Positions 11,365 to 24,587 of a DNA stretch of 64,000 bases are shown piece by piece. The DNA is from Mobula hypostoma (lineage: Eukaryota): contig NC_086097.1 of NCBI RefSeq assembly GCF_963921235.1, positions 237,772,001 to 237,836,000 of the forward strand, written 5' to 3'. The first letter of the stretch is position 1, and each line of letters starts with the position of its first letter. The translations under genes and the position numbers were made by a program. The notes beneath the pieces are model-generated. The model was not told where the DNA came from. It was given only the letters and a program-made list of their open reading frames with translations, and searched no databases.

Positions 11365-11940
11365 TACAGTATATGATCTTAAATGCTACATATGAATGAT
11401 TATCCTAATTGAAATATTTAAGTAAAATATCATGCCCCCACCCACACACACTTACTTTGAATATGATCCTAGAGCTTGCTTTACACAGAACAATTAAACT
11501 CTTTGGAAATTGAAAAGGGCAAATAACCCTCACGGTCAGAATTGTTACATAGATCAGCAATTGTCAAGAACCTCCAGATAAACTTAATGTGACTGTTGCT
11601 CACCCAGTACGATCTGGGAAAAGGGATTCTCTGTGTTACGTCAACTGTCCAAGAAACTGACAAAACAAATAAGCAAGAGACAAGGAGGTCTTGCTTTTTC
11701 AAGTCTCACACCTGAATGGTTTTATCCTGATACTCCACCATAATTGAATGGCTCTGATGACAGAATTAATGAAGTAAGTGACTGTTTGTGAAGTTCACTC
11801 ATCCTGAAAATATCATAAATAGTCAGTTAAAGAAGATGGGACTCCAGCAAATTTCTACAGATGTTTGATGGAGAGCATTCTGACTGGTTGCATCACCACC
11901 AGTGAGAAAAGACTAATATCCAAACCTAAGACATAATTAG

Positions 11941-12222
11941 GTGTGGCGTGGTAGCGTAGGGGTTAACATAATGCTTTACAGTACAAGTGTCTCGGGTTCA
12001 ATCCACCGCTGCCAGTAAGGAGTATGTACCTTCTCCCCACGGCCATATGGGTTTCCTCTGCATGCTCCAGTCTCATTCCACAGTCCAAAAATGCACAGAT
12101 TAGTGGGTTAATTGGTCACTGTAAATTGTCTTGTAATCAGGCTGGGATTAAATCGAGTGTCGCTGGATGACGTGGCTTGAAAGGCCAGAAGTGCCTATTC
12201 TGCACTGTATCTCAATAAATAA
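11941..12222 (+). mobile_element. HE1/V-SINE-like tRNA-derived SINE
   Basis: A box (tggtagcgtagggg), B box (gggttcaatcc), V-domain-like tgggtttcctc...tgctcc...ttaattggtcactgtaaattg, and a CR1-like 3' tail ending aataaataa. Confidence 0.8.
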
Positions 12223-12416
12223 TTACAGAGATGGTCAAATTTTGACAAGTGCTGAGCTCTTCCTTAAGTATCAGGATGATAAAAACTTGTCAATCTTTAT
12301 TGTTATAAACAGCTCTGATTGAATAAAGTTACCAGTTAACCAGAATGTTGAACGAGTTGAATTTTGTATTTTAAATGTAGGTTATACAAGGTGACCAAAA
12401 ATATTGTCAAAAGGTT

Positions 12417-12862
12417 GGGAAAAAGCCTATGACTATCCATACGATCAATGCCTCTCATCATCTTATACACCTCTATCAGGTCACCTCTCATCCTCTGTCG
12501 CTCCAAGGAAAAAAGGCCGAGTTCACTCAACTTATTCTCATAAGGCAAGCTCCCCAATCCAGGCAACATCCTTATAAATCTCCTCTGCACCCTTTCTATG
12601 GTTTCCACATCCTTCCTATAGTGAGGCGACCAGAACTGAGCACAATACTCCAAGTGGGTTCTGACCAGGGTCCTATGTAGCTGCAACATTACCTCTTGAC
12701 TCCTGAACTCAATCCCATGATTGATGAAAGCCAATGCACCGTATGCTTTCTTAACCACTGAGTCACCCTGCGCAGCAGCTTTGAGTGTCCTATGGACTCA
12801 GACCCCAAGATCCCTCTGATCCTCCATGTCTTACCATTAATACTATATTCTGCCTTCATATT
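12417..12862 (-). mobile_element. CR1-type LINE fragment
   Basis: ORF 12336-12758 (RTLVRTHLEYCAQFWSPHYRKD...RGDLIEVYKMMRG). Confidence 0.9.
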
Positions 12863-13161
12863 TGGCATGTGGCCAAGTGATTAAGGTGTTTGTCTAATGA
12901 TTTGAGGTCGCTAGTTTGAGCCTTGGCTGAGGCAGCGTGTTGTGTCCTTCAGCAAGGCACTTAACCTCTCATTGCTCTGCGACGAAACTGGTGCCAAGCT
13001 GTATAAGTCCTAACGCCCTCTCCTTGGACAACATTGGTGGCGTGGAGAGGGGAGACTTGCAGCATGGGCTACTGTCGGTGTTCCATACAACCTTGCCCAG
13101 GCCTCCGCCTGGAAACCTTCCAAGGAGCAGATCCATGGTCTCCTGAGACTAGCGGATGCCT
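12863..13161 (+). mobile_element. tRNA-derived SINE (same family as 1512-2438)
   Basis: A box tggccaagtga, B box gtttgagcc; the body is colinear with the split copy; followed by (ta)n. Confidence 0.8.
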
Positions 13162-13413
13162 AAATTATATATATATATATATTTGATGGCAAGCGTGAAT
13201 TCAAGTTCTTCCAAGAATGAATTTCACACCCATAATTTCCTGACTTCGTCACACCCTCCCTTACTCTGGCATTGACTCCCAACTATCTGATCCTATTCCC
13301 AACTCCAGTACCAACCCAACACCCCAAAAGGGCACCAAACTTGAGCTCTTCTCTCCCAAAGATTTCTCAGGTCTAGGCCTGCTCCTACGTTTATCCAAGA
13401 TTTTCCTGTGTAT

Positions 13414-14157
13414 TGTTACATGTCCACAGTTTCATTTTCCTAGGAATCCATAGTTTTGTTTACTGTGGGCGTCACATGTCCCCAGATTCGTTTTACTGGG
13501 CGTCCACAGTTTTGTTTCTGTGAACGTTACCTTATGATGTATGCTGACGGTATAAAAGAAGTGTGGGTATAGCGCTGAGGAGGAGTCGAAGGAAAGAGCG
13601 AGAGAGAGTGAAGATCGCAGGCTTCAAGCTATCCGGGAACAGCTCACGATCGAGAAGGGTAAAGTCTAATGCTTACCCATACCCAAAGGATTGGGTTAAT
13701 CAGCGGCACACTGTGCATTGTGGAGATGTGTCTGCCCTTCGTATGATCCATGGGTGTGGATTTCATGACAGTCACTTTGTGACATAGCTCTTCATGGACT
13801 TTGGAACAGTATTCCTCAGCTAGGATCTTCGGTAACTGTTTATTCGTTTGCTAGCCGTGGAATCTTTGGAATTCGTCGTGATCGCCTCGTCGCTGCACTG
13901 TGAATCCACAAGTCTCTCCCCTCACCTATTTCGTGAATTACTGGGACTCTCTGAACTGCTACTTTAAGACTGTGCTTGAGTAAGATTTGTTAAGAACGGG
14001 TTCTAAGTTTGACTGTGAGGGAGCTATAGACGGATAACACTGTTAACTTCTGTTTAAGGAAGTAGTTTATTTAATTGTCTATATTTTTGAGTAGATGTAA
14101 TGGTTTTAATATTAAAACCCGACTCAATTTGTCATCTCTTGCTGCTGGTACATTACG
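13414..14157 (+). mobile_element. Probable solo LTR of an LTR retrotransposon
   Basis: Starts TGTTACA, has short internal direct repeats (gtccacagttt), tataaaag at about 13551 and attaaa at about 14111, and is CpG-richer than its flanks. The 3' CA end and a TSD were not clearly resolved. Confidence 0.45.
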
Positions 14158-14273
14158 AAATCACGATAGTATGTTCCACAAAAGGAAACATACTTAGTGT
14201 TACATCACAGGCCTCATGCAGTCCTGTCATAAAATCCACTGAAATTATCCATTTGGGCCAGAATTCCTCAATG

Positions 14274-14457
14274 CAAGAGGTTCTGCAGACACTGGAAAGC
14301 CAGAGTAACACAAACAAAACGCTGGTAGAACTGAGCAGGTCAGGCTGCATCTGTGGAGAGGGAAAAAGAGTTGAATGAAGGGTATCGGCCTGAATCATCA
14401 ACTCTTTATTCATTTCCGTGGATGTTGCTTGACCTGCTGAGTTGTTCCAGTATTCCA
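14274..14457. mobile_element. Head-to-head inverted pair of Penelope pseudo-LTR fragments
   Basis: A minus copy (gctggtagaactgagcaggtcaggctgcatc) is joined to a plus copy (gatgttgcttgacctgctgagttgttccag), with a decayed hammerhead between them. Confidence 0.8.
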
Positions 14458-15099
14458 CAAGGTGAGGTTTAAGGAACTGGCATAATCAGCAAGACTGTGT
14501 GTGGCGGACATCCAGAAATGCGAGCAGCCCCCAGGGCCTGATGGTTGTTAATGAGGACGAGGCATTTCACTACATGTTGCAATGTACACATGACAGATAA
14601 ACGAGTCTCGTATGTGAAGGAATGTCCTTCAAGCTGAGTGGGACAGGCTAATGCACTGAAGGCAGCAGTAACTGCAAAGTAATCCAAGAAGCAAGAAGGA
14701 TAAGTATACACAATTATGTCAAGGAAAAATATAACCAATGCTGTTTGGGATTATTTATTTTTCCACTGGACTGCAATGGGACTAATGTATAGCTGAGAGT
14801 TATTAATAACTATTAATCAAACAGAGTTCAAGTACACTATTAAATTGCATGCACACTATTCAAGTGGCTTTTAACAGAATTCCCTTGCGTGAGGACATTT
14901 AGTCCATCAATGGCTATAAATTGTCCCTGGTCAGTAGCATGAAATTTAGTATAAAGCAAAGAAGAAAGACAGAAAACTTGAATGGAATGAATTCCAAAAG
15001 GTGAGTAGAATGCATGAACATGACTACATGTGGTACGTTAGTACTTCCATCTGGGGATGAATTTCTAGGCACACATTTTTATGAACATTATTTGGTTAA

Positions 15100-15740
15100 T
15101 TCTCACTTTCCTTATGTCTTATAAAGATAGACTAAGTGAGCTAGAGCTTTTCTCTTTGGAGTGAGGGAGGATGAGAGGCTAATTGAGGAGGTTGTACGAG
15201 ATGATAAGAGGAGTAGATGAAGTGGACAACCAGGGACTTTTTCCCAGGGCAGAAATGCCTTATACCAGGGGGTCATTTTAAGATGAATTTGGAGGAATGT
15301 ATAGGGCATCACGGTGGCGGAGTGGTTAGCACAGCACTTCACAGCGCGAGCAACCTAGGTTCAATTCCCGCCTCTGAATGTAAGGAGTTTGTAAGTTCTC
15401 CCTGTGACTATTTGGGTTTCCGCCAGGTGCTCCGGTTTCCACCCAAAGCTCAAAGACGTACTGGTCAGTAGGTTAATTGGTCATTTTAAATTACCCCGTG
15501 ATTAGGCGCAGGGCGAAATCGGAGTTTGCTCGGCTCAAAGGGCTGGGAGGGTCTACTCCGCACTATATTTCAATACATGAATAGTTTTTTTACACAAAGT
15601 GTGCTGGGTGCATGAAATGCCTTGCCAAGGGTGGTGGCAGAGGAAGATACATCAGGGACATTTAAAAAAACTCTTGGATAGGCACGTGGATGATAGAAAA
15701 ATGAAGGACCATGTAGGAGGAAAGGATTAGATTGATCTGA
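15100..15740 (+). mobile_element. CR1-type LINE 3' part with an HE1-like SINE inserted at about 15304-15580
   Basis: CR1 sequence resumes after the SINE (tttttacacaaagtgtgctgggtgcatgaaatgcc). The SINE has ggttcaattcc and a V-domain-like core. Confidence 0.8.
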
Positions 15741-16132
15741 GAAGGAAGGAAGAAGAATCTCAGGAGGAAGGAGGAGAAAGAGAAATGGAGGCAGAACAGA
15801 GGGGAAAGGAGAAGGAATGAGGTAGGAAGAAGGGAAGAAGGGAAGAAAGAGGAAGAGTTGGAGGATACAGCAGATCACTGTTATTCACTTGACAAATGTT
15901 GTTGTGTGTGGAAAGACTTCTCTGGTGCAGTCCAGTCACCACTATGATATATCTTTGTTGCTTGGTGATGTTTCCGGTAGTAGCTTGCCTTTTAATTTAG
16001 GGACATTAACTTATTTCCTAACAGGATTTTTGACATGCTGTCATCGCCCATTTGTTTATTTGCAATAAAGGCTGAAATATTGAAGATACATGAATTGCAG
16101 CAAAAAATGAATGCTTGATAACCTCTTGGCAT

Positions 16133-16337
16133 AAGCAGGTGGTGTAGTGGCATCAGCACCGGATTTCAAGGCAAATGCTCCTGGGTTCGAATCCAGCCAG
16201 CCCCTTGCTTACTTTCCATCCATGCTGGGGTTGAGCATTGGGCTAACAACTTGGCCTCATAAATAAAGACCAAAATGCTAAAGAAACAGTAAGTGTGCTG
16301 CCCGATGCACCACAAGGTGCAGAAAGGAACAACAAAC
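16133..16337 (+). mobile_element. tRNA-derived SINE with RTE-like 3' tail
   Basis: A box tggtgtagtgg, B box ggttcgaatcc, and a 3' hairpin gcaccacaaggtgc followed by an (aac)n tail. Confidence 0.65.
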
Positions 16338-17607
16338 TCTTGCCATGGCAAAACTGGGAATTAGCTGTCTTTTTCTGGAATCAGGTATCTGGCATTCAAA
16401 CAAAGTATCCTGCACCCAGCTGAGTGTCGCTAGAACTTCAGAACTAGGGATGTTGTCCTGGGATATTATTTAAAGTTTAGCTCTGTTTGTCACATGTACA
16501 TTGAAACATTCAGTGAAATATGTTGCTTGTTTAAACAATCAACAGTTTGAGAAGTGCTGTGGGCAGCCTGCAAGTATTGCCAAGGTTCTGGCACCAACAT
16601 AGCATGTCCACAACTTACTAACCCTAATCTGTATGTCTTTGAAACCAGACCACCTGGAGGAAGCACAGAGGGGCAGAGATCTCTGCTGTCAGGTAGATCA
16701 TGACCATGATGCGTTGATCTTTAATTACTTACTTGCTCCAATGTGACAATAATAAATCAATATCAACACCAATACTTCAGTTCTCCATCAGTCTATGGCT
16801 CTGTGACACTATTAAATGGAAATGGTGGACACACTGGAGATTGATTGACAGTCACTGAGAAATTTTCTAACGATAGTGGCTACTGGAATCTCTACAGTTT
16901 GGTAATAATTTGTCACATCATCATTTCAATCTGCATATGTTTGGGATATCTCAATCTGTCTGCATCGATTTATCCATTGTACCACATCAGCTCAGGAAGT
17001 TGCATTTTACCCATCTGCTAACACTCTTCTCATCTACTCAGTTGTATTTACAAACCTGTAAAATTAATAGGAAAGCCTATAGATGCATCAGGAGCAAATC
17101 AGGCCAAGTGCTTTCAAAGCTGTGCTGCAGGTTTTGAGGAGCTGAACTTACCTTAGCATTCAGACTAAGAGGACACAAACAAAATATTTGGATATAGGTG
17201 AAAAACACAAACGTTGTTGAAATCTCCCTTGAAATGAAGATACAATGTTCCATTTTTCACTTTGAGAGGTCAATGCAAGAGAAAAGTATACAGGACCTTT
17301 AGGAGCATTGATGGACAGGGGGATTTTTGGGGGTGCAGGTCCATAGCTTTGTGAAAGTAGCAACACACGTCGATCAGGTGATGAAGATGGAGAAACAGAG
17401 ACTCTGCAGTTGCCAATGAAGGATCTTGGCCCAAAACGTAAACTGTTCATTTCCCTCCATAGATGTTGTCAGACATCTGATTTCATCTAGTATCTTGTGT
17501 GTGTTGCTCAGGGTGTTAATGATGGTGCATGATTTACCTTATCAGCCAGGTGTTAAGTACAGAAGTCAGGAGGTCATGGTGCAGGTTTATTAAACTTTGC
17601 ATAGGCC

Positions 17608-19045
17608 ACATTGGTGGTACTGCTGTAGAAAGTTGTCAGAATGGGAGTGGGGAGCCTTGCATGCATTAATGTCTTCAGAAAGTGTAGACACTGTTGTGCC
17701 TTCATGACTAGTAAGGAGGTGGTGTGGGTCTAGGTTGAATCGCCATTATGCGCACACCAAGAAACTTTGTACTCTTCACTCTCTCCACAGCAGAGCCATT
17801 GATCTGCGATGGAAAGTGGTTGACCTGTGCCTTCCTGAAGTCCATAATCATCTCATTTGTCTTGTCTTTGTTAAGACTCGGGGTGCTGTTCTCACACCAT
17901 TTGACAAGCCTCACAACCACCTCTCAGCATGCCGACTTATCATTGTTTCTGATGAGGCCAACATCAGTGAACTTGATCATGCAATCTGAGCTGGATCTAG
18001 CAGTGCAGCCTTGTGTGAGCTGCATGAGCTGCAGTAGGTTGAGCACACAGCCCTGGGGGGCACCAGTGCTCATTGTGGTAGAGGTTAAGCTGTTACTTAC
18101 AACTCGGATTGTCTGGGATCTTTCTATCAATAAGTCTAAATTCCAGTTGCAGGCGGGCTTTGAGTCCCAGTGAAGACAATTTACCCACCCGCCTCTGAGA
18201 GGTGATCTTGTTAAATGCTGAGCTGAAGCCAATGTACAACATCCTGTTGTACAAATCATCATTTTCTAAGTGGGACAGGACAGAGTGGAGGGCTGATGTT
18301 ACAGCATTATCAGTTGAAAGATTTGAGCTGTAGGTGAACTGGAAAGGGTCCAATATAGCTGAAAAGTGGAATTTTAACCATATAATCATGTAACAATTAA
18401 AGCATGGAAGCAGGCCATCTCGGCCCTTCTAGTCCGTGCCAAACGCTTACTCTCTCCTAATCCCACCGACCTGCACTTAGCCCATAACCCTCCATTCCTT
18501 TCCTGTCCATATAGCTATCCAATTTAACTTTAAATGACAACATTGAACCTGCCTTAACCACGTCTGCTGGAAGCTCGTTCCACACAGCTACCACTCTCTG
18601 AGTAAAGAAGTTCCCCCTCATGTTACCCCTAAACTTTTGCCCTTTAACTCTCAACTCATGTCCTCTTGTTTGAATCTCCCCCACTCTCAATGGAAAAAGC
18701 CTATCCACGTCAACTCTATCTATCCCCCTCATAATTTTAAATACCTCTATCAAGTCCCCCCTCAACCTTCTACGCCCCAAAGAATAAAGACCCAATTTGT
18801 TCAACCTTTCTCTGTAACTTAGGTGATGAAACCTAGGTAACATTCTAATAAACCTTCTCTGTACTCTTTCTATTTTGTTGACATCTTTCCTATAATTTAT
18901 ACAAACCATTACCAGAACTTCATGATTGTTAAAGTCAGTGCCACTGGGAACATCTAGGTGATTTACCATCACTCTCCTTAGCACTGGAATGATGGTGGCT
19001 GCCTTGAAGCCTGCAGGGAGAGTGGATTTTTGGAAAGAGATGTTT
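17608..19045 (-). mobile_element. Rex1/Babar-type RT fragment interrupted by CR1
   Basis: ORFs containing LDPFQFTY, RMLYIGFSSAFN, GAPQGCVL and KTNEMIMDFRK. Confidence 0.8.
18385..18897 (-). mobile_element. CR1-type LINE 3' end with open ORF (young)
   Basis: The CR1 part of ORF 18457-18984 is uninterrupted from NYRKDVNKIERVQRRF to GRWD*. Confidence 0.92.
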
Positions 19046-20132
19046 AGTGCCTGGAATGTATTAATGTTGATAAGTCTTTACACGAGACCATAGTTGAAAG
19101 GAATGAGGGCATGTAAACCATGTGCAGGCACTTGGTATTAGCTTGGATTGACGTCATGGGCCAAGGGTCTGTTCTATATTCTATTGAAGTTGCCCCGAGT
19201 AGAAACAGTAATTACCACTAAAATGAGAATGAGTAAAATCTGCTCTCCAGATGCATGCTGGGAAGTAAATATCGCTAAGTTTTTGAGAAGGCCAGTGAGA
19301 TCCTTACTGTCACTGGCATATCAGTGTCGAACTTCAAATGTATTTCATGGGTGGCTGCATATCTATGAAGTCATATCCACAGATTTCAAAGGAAAAATCT
19401 TTGATTAAGGGAATAGGGTATTCCATTCCTTTTCATCATGTGAGAATTATAATTGGCAAATTTAAATTTACAGAATTTATACAACTGAACAATAGAATCA
19501 TACTACTATAGTCTTTATACTATATATGTTGGTGTCAGATATGGGCTGGTAAATGATGCATTTTTCTGTATGTTTCAATGAACGTGTGACAAATAATGCT
19601 AATCTTTATCTTTATACTAGTTTGTGGGAAGGCAAGGAAGTATTATAATAAAGAGTTCCTGTTTCTCACTCCATTTGATCTTAGACAGTTCTATCAATTA
19701 CACAATTTCACAAGGTCTTGCCAAAGTTAGTGAGGTATTATACACAGGTTTCAAATGAAACTAGGTGAGACTTTGAGCAGGAGAGTGGCAAAGGAAGTTG
19801 TGTGGCCTCGGTCTGAGCAAGGACTAGAACTCAAGCCATGGAGTGGTCTATTATAGACGTCTAGGAGAGAGGCATTGAAGCTGGTGTGCTCCATCAGAGA
19901 TGGTGACCAAGCTGGAGTTGGTGCCACCCCCACCCCCCCCACCCACGCATTCGATCAGCAGATGACAGTCTGTATTATGTTCAACTGCAGACTGCTGCAA
20001 CATTCACTGACTCAGGGTCTTGGACTATGCTTCTTTGTGTGTGTGCTTGTATTTTACTGATATCTCCGACAGTGTGCGCTATGTGTGTTTTGTGCTGTGT
20101 ATGACTGTGTTGGTACTGTGTTTTGCATCCAT

Positions 20133-20365
20133 CTTAATTTTCATTTTTACAGATTCAGCATGTCCTTCTGGCCCAATGAGTCAACGCCACACAATTACAC
20201 CCATGTGTTCAATTAACTTACTAACCCATACGCCTTTTGAATGTTGGAGGAAACTGGAGCACCGTGAGAAAACTCACACAGTCATGTGAGAAAGTACAAA
20301 CTCCTTACAGACACCAGCGGCAATTAAACCAGGGTCACCGCGCTGTAACACGAATGCGATGCTGC
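20133..20365 (-). mobile_element. HE1/V-SINE-like SINE
   Basis: gaggaaactggagcacc...gtacaaactccttacagac is the reverse complement of the V-domain-like core. Similar copies lie at about 42850-43200, 44150-44750 and 54350-54610. Confidence 0.7.
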
Positions 20366-20847
20366 TGTGTCATTTGTAAGCCATCGGTCTGCTTATCCGC
20401 CCAATGCATATGGAGGATCTTTTTTTTTTGGAAAGGGCATTGGTGTTGCTTTTGGGTGCCCACTGTAGGCATTTCATATCTCTAGGAATAAGGGAGGGCA
20501 GGGATCTCTGCCGACAGGAAGGTCAGGAGCTTGATTTTCAAACATTCACTTCCTCCAATGTCCAAAATCTGTTACTGATGCAATGAAATCAGTGCGATTT
20601 CCATCTAGCTCCCTAACTGATATCTTACTGATGTCAAAGTTGATAAACCTGTACAGATATTTTCTAAACATGAAACTGCATGGTTTGGTGCGTTCAGATG
20701 CCTCTTTGCAATTTCCTCACAGACTGCCATTAGAATTATCACCAATTTAGTGTAGGACTGCAGCTGACACTCTTTTAAGCTCTCATACCCTTGTTTAAAT
20801 AGAGAAGGGAACTGTTTAAGTACTCTGGCTGATTTAGTATTACCTTT

Positions 20848-22562
20848 TCATAAGACCATGAGATACAGCAGCAGAATGAGGCTATTCGGCCCATCGAGTC
20901 TGTTCCACCATTTCATCATGACCGATTCAATTTTCCTCTCAAACCCAATCTCCTGCCTTCTCCCCGTATTCCTTCATGCCATGACCAGTCAACATTCTGC
21001 CTTAAATATACACAAAGAGTTGGCCTCCTCAGCTCCCTGTGGCAAAGAATTCCACAGATGCTTCACTCTCCAGCTAAAGAAATTCCTCTTCATCTCTGTT
21101 CTAAAAGGACACCCCTCTATTTTGAGGCTGAGTCCTTTGGTCTTAGACTCTCTCACCATAGGAAACGTCCTCTCCACATCCACTCGATCAAGGCCATTCA
21201 CCTTTGATCGGTTTCAATGAATTCACCTCTCATTCTTCTGAATTCCAGTGAATACAGGCCCAGAGCCATCAAATGTTCTTCATATGATAGGCCATTCAAA
21301 CCTGGAATAATGTTCATGAATCTCCTTTAAACCGTCTCCAGTTTCAGCACATCCTTTCTATGATAAGGGGCCCAAAACTGCTCACAATATTTCTAGTGAG
21401 GCCTCACCAGTCCTTTATAAAGCCCCAACATTGCATCCTTGCTTTTATATTCTAGTACTTTTGAAATGACTTCTAGCATCACATATGTTTTTTTTCACCA
21501 CAGACCCAACCTGCAAATTAACCTTTAGGGAATCCTCCCAAGACACTTTGCACCTCAGTTTTTTCGTATTTTCTCTCCATTTAGAAATCAGTCAATCCTT
21601 TCATTTCTTCTACCAAAATGCATGACCATACACTTCCTGACACTGTATTTAATCCGCCCCATCTTTGCCCATTCTCCTAATCTGTCTAGGTACTTCTGTA
21701 GCTTCTCCACTTTTTCAAAACTACCTGCCCCTCCACCTATCTTCATATCGCCTGCGAAGTTTGCGACATAGCCATCAATTCCATCATCCAAATCATTAAC
21801 ATATAATATATAATGAATTGGCCCCAACACTGACCCCTGTGGAAAACCACTAGTCACCAGCAACCAACCTGAAAAGGTTTCCTTTATTCCCACTCTTTGC
21901 CTCCTGCCAGTCAGCCACTGCTTTATCCATGCTAGAATCTTCCCTGTAATAACATAGGCTCAAAGCTTGTTAAACAATCTCATGTATCAAAAGCCTTGTG
22001 AAAATTCAAATGCACAATGTCAACCGATTTGTCTTTGTTTATCATGCTTGCTACCTTTTCAAAGAATTCCAACAAGTTTGACAGGCAAGGTCTTCCTTTG
22101 AAGAAACCATGCTGACTATGGCATATTTTATCATGTGTCTCCAAGTACCCTGAGACCTCATCCATGATAATCGATTCCAACATCTTCCTAACCACTGAGG
22201 TCAGACTAATTGGCTTATAAATTCCTTTCTTCTGCCTCTCTCCCTTCTTGAAAAGTGTAGCGACATTTGCCAAATTTCCAGTCTTCCAGAACTATTTCAG
22301 AATCTAGTGATTCTTGAATAACTATGACTAATGCCTCCACAATCTCTTCACCCACCTTTTTCAGAACTCTGGGGTGTACACTTATCTGGTCCAGATGACT
22401 TCAAACTTTTCAGTTTCCCAAGAACCTTCTTTATATTTATGGTAACTTCACACACTTCATGCCCCCTGACACCTGGAACTTCCACCATACTGCTAGTGTC
22501 TTCCACCGAGAAGACTGATGCAAAATACTTATTCAGTTCGTCCACCATTTCTTTGTTCCCCA
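20848..22562 (-). mobile_element. CR1-type LINE, 1.7-kb RT + 3' end, decayed
   Basis: ORF fragments SSGPD, ANVATLFKKG...YKPISLTSVV, SGFPQGSVLGP and KRNFFSWRVKHLWNSLP. Confidence 0.92.
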
Positions 22563-23132
22563 TAGTTCCTCATTGCCCCACATGTTCGGAAGGACACGCA
22601 AACTGGCTTCAGCATTACACAATGTCAGCCATTTATCTATCTGGAATAGCATGGATAAAACCTGAGACAAAAAGGAAATGGGCCACAGGATTTTTTGTGC
22701 TTACTAGAGGGAAAAGAACGCTCAGTACTCTAAATGCTGGTTAATATCCAGCGACCTCTGTTGTAAAGGTGCTTCAATAAAACAGCAGTTTGACATACAA
22801 GCAGACTTTAGAGACAGATTGAGAGGAAAGTCAAAATGTATGAATTACCCACATCAAACATAGAAAAGATAGAGATGGTTTCCATGCCCTGTACTATTCT
22901 GAAGCTTGAAGATGATGTTGCATTGAATATTGTGGTGAATAATGCAAAAATATAAAATTATTTATGAAAGTGGTTTCAAAGAACACCATATACCTGCAAA
23001 CAGCTTTGCATAAATCTACAAACACATTTGCAGAGGAAAGCCAGAGGATAAAAGAATGTTTTAATCGATAGTATAAACAGTATCTGAGAACTATGTACAA
23101 TTGCACGGTTACTTAAAAATCCCTGTTGAATT

Positions 23133-23830
23133 ATGAGAGTCATAGTACACTACGGCACAGAAACATGCCGTTTGGCACATCTAGTCTGTGATGAACCATT
23201 AAATTTCCTCGTACCACCAAACTGCACCAAGGCCATAACCCTCCATCCCCCTCCCATCACGTACCTCTCCAAACTTCTCTTAAACGTTGAAATTGAAATC
23301 GCACCCACCACATGCACAGGCAGCTCGTTCCACACTCTCACCACCCACCTGACTGAAGGAGTTTCCCCTCATGTTCCCTTAAACATTTTACCTTTCACCC
23401 TTAACCCATGATTGCAGGTTGTAGCCCCACACAACCTCAGTGGAAAATGCCTGCTTGCACTTACTCTGTCTATACCCCTCATAATTTTGTACACCTCCAA
23501 CAAATTTCACCTCAACTTTCTACATTCTAAGTAATAAAATTGTAAACTATTTAATCTTTCTTTATAACTCAGGTCATCCAGTCCCAGGAACATCTTCGTA
23601 CCTATTCTCTGTACTCTTTCCTGTAGGGTAGGTGAACACAATACTCCAAATTAAGCCTCACCAACATCTTATAAAACTTCAACATTCCAACACCTGTAAT
23701 CAATACTTTAATTTATGAAGTGTAATGTTCCAAAATCTTTCTTTATGATCCTCTCTACCTGTTGCACCACTTTCAAGTTCAGGTAACATCCTTGTAAATT
23801 TTCTCCGCAGTCTTTTAATCTTATTTACGT
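23133..23830 (-). mobile_element. CR1-type LINE 3' fragments
   Basis: ORF 23150-23344 (VRVWNELP...TFKRSLERY) and an RRKFTRMLP fragment. Confidence 0.8.
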
Positions 23831-24587
23831 TATAATAATGATTTTTTTTAAAAATTGGGCACTGAGAGATAGATTTGCATGTGGTGAAAGAGATGAAAGA
23901 ATCTCTTGAAGCATATATCAGATTTAGCATGCAGAACTGCAACCTCCATGCATATAGCAATAAGCGTGCCAGTTCTGTCTCGAGTCTGCCACAGATTTAT
24001 TGGCATCAGTCGTCAAAGGAGTATTCCAAATATTTCAGCTCAGGATCAAGTATCATGTTATCCAAGAGATGTGAGATACTGACCTGGATGCTGTAAGGTC
24101 ATTCCCCAAACAGCTTTTCTTCCGAACAGTCTACATCTCACTCCTTTTGGGAACTAGAACACGGAGTAGCAATTTGTAAGGGGTATAGCCTATAGTGCAC
24201 AATCAACATAGTAGGAACAAGTTTCTCCTAAATCATGAAGAACAAATTGCCGCAATGTGACAACTACTACAAATGTGACAGAATTAGCTTTATATAGCAT
24301 TAATGTTCCAAGAAACTGAATGTGAGACAAGAGGACACTAAGACCACAGTTCTGATTGACAGAGTCACTAGCAATGAAGATCAAAACAGCTTATTTAAGA
24401 GGACGTCATAAATGACAAGAAATCTATCACCTATGTTTGAGAAAAATATAGAAAGACTATGGGTCAAAATTGCTAAGACTTGGGACAGAGATAATAGTAT
24501 TCTAAAATAAACATTTTCCTGAATTACACACCATTATAGTGGATCACACTGACGAACCAGCAGTAACAGGAAATGGTTGGTTAAAAG

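Noticed and set aside
16133..16205. tRNA gene (also the B box ggttcgaatcc at about 54990 and SINE heads at 11941 and 12863)
   Set aside because: A/B boxes are present, but there is no complete cloverleaf or T-run terminator. Most continue into SINE bodies.
18457..18984. 175-aa ORF as a novel chimeric protein
   Set aside because: Chance in-frame junction of a CR1 3' end with flanking Rex1 sequence; no support for expression.
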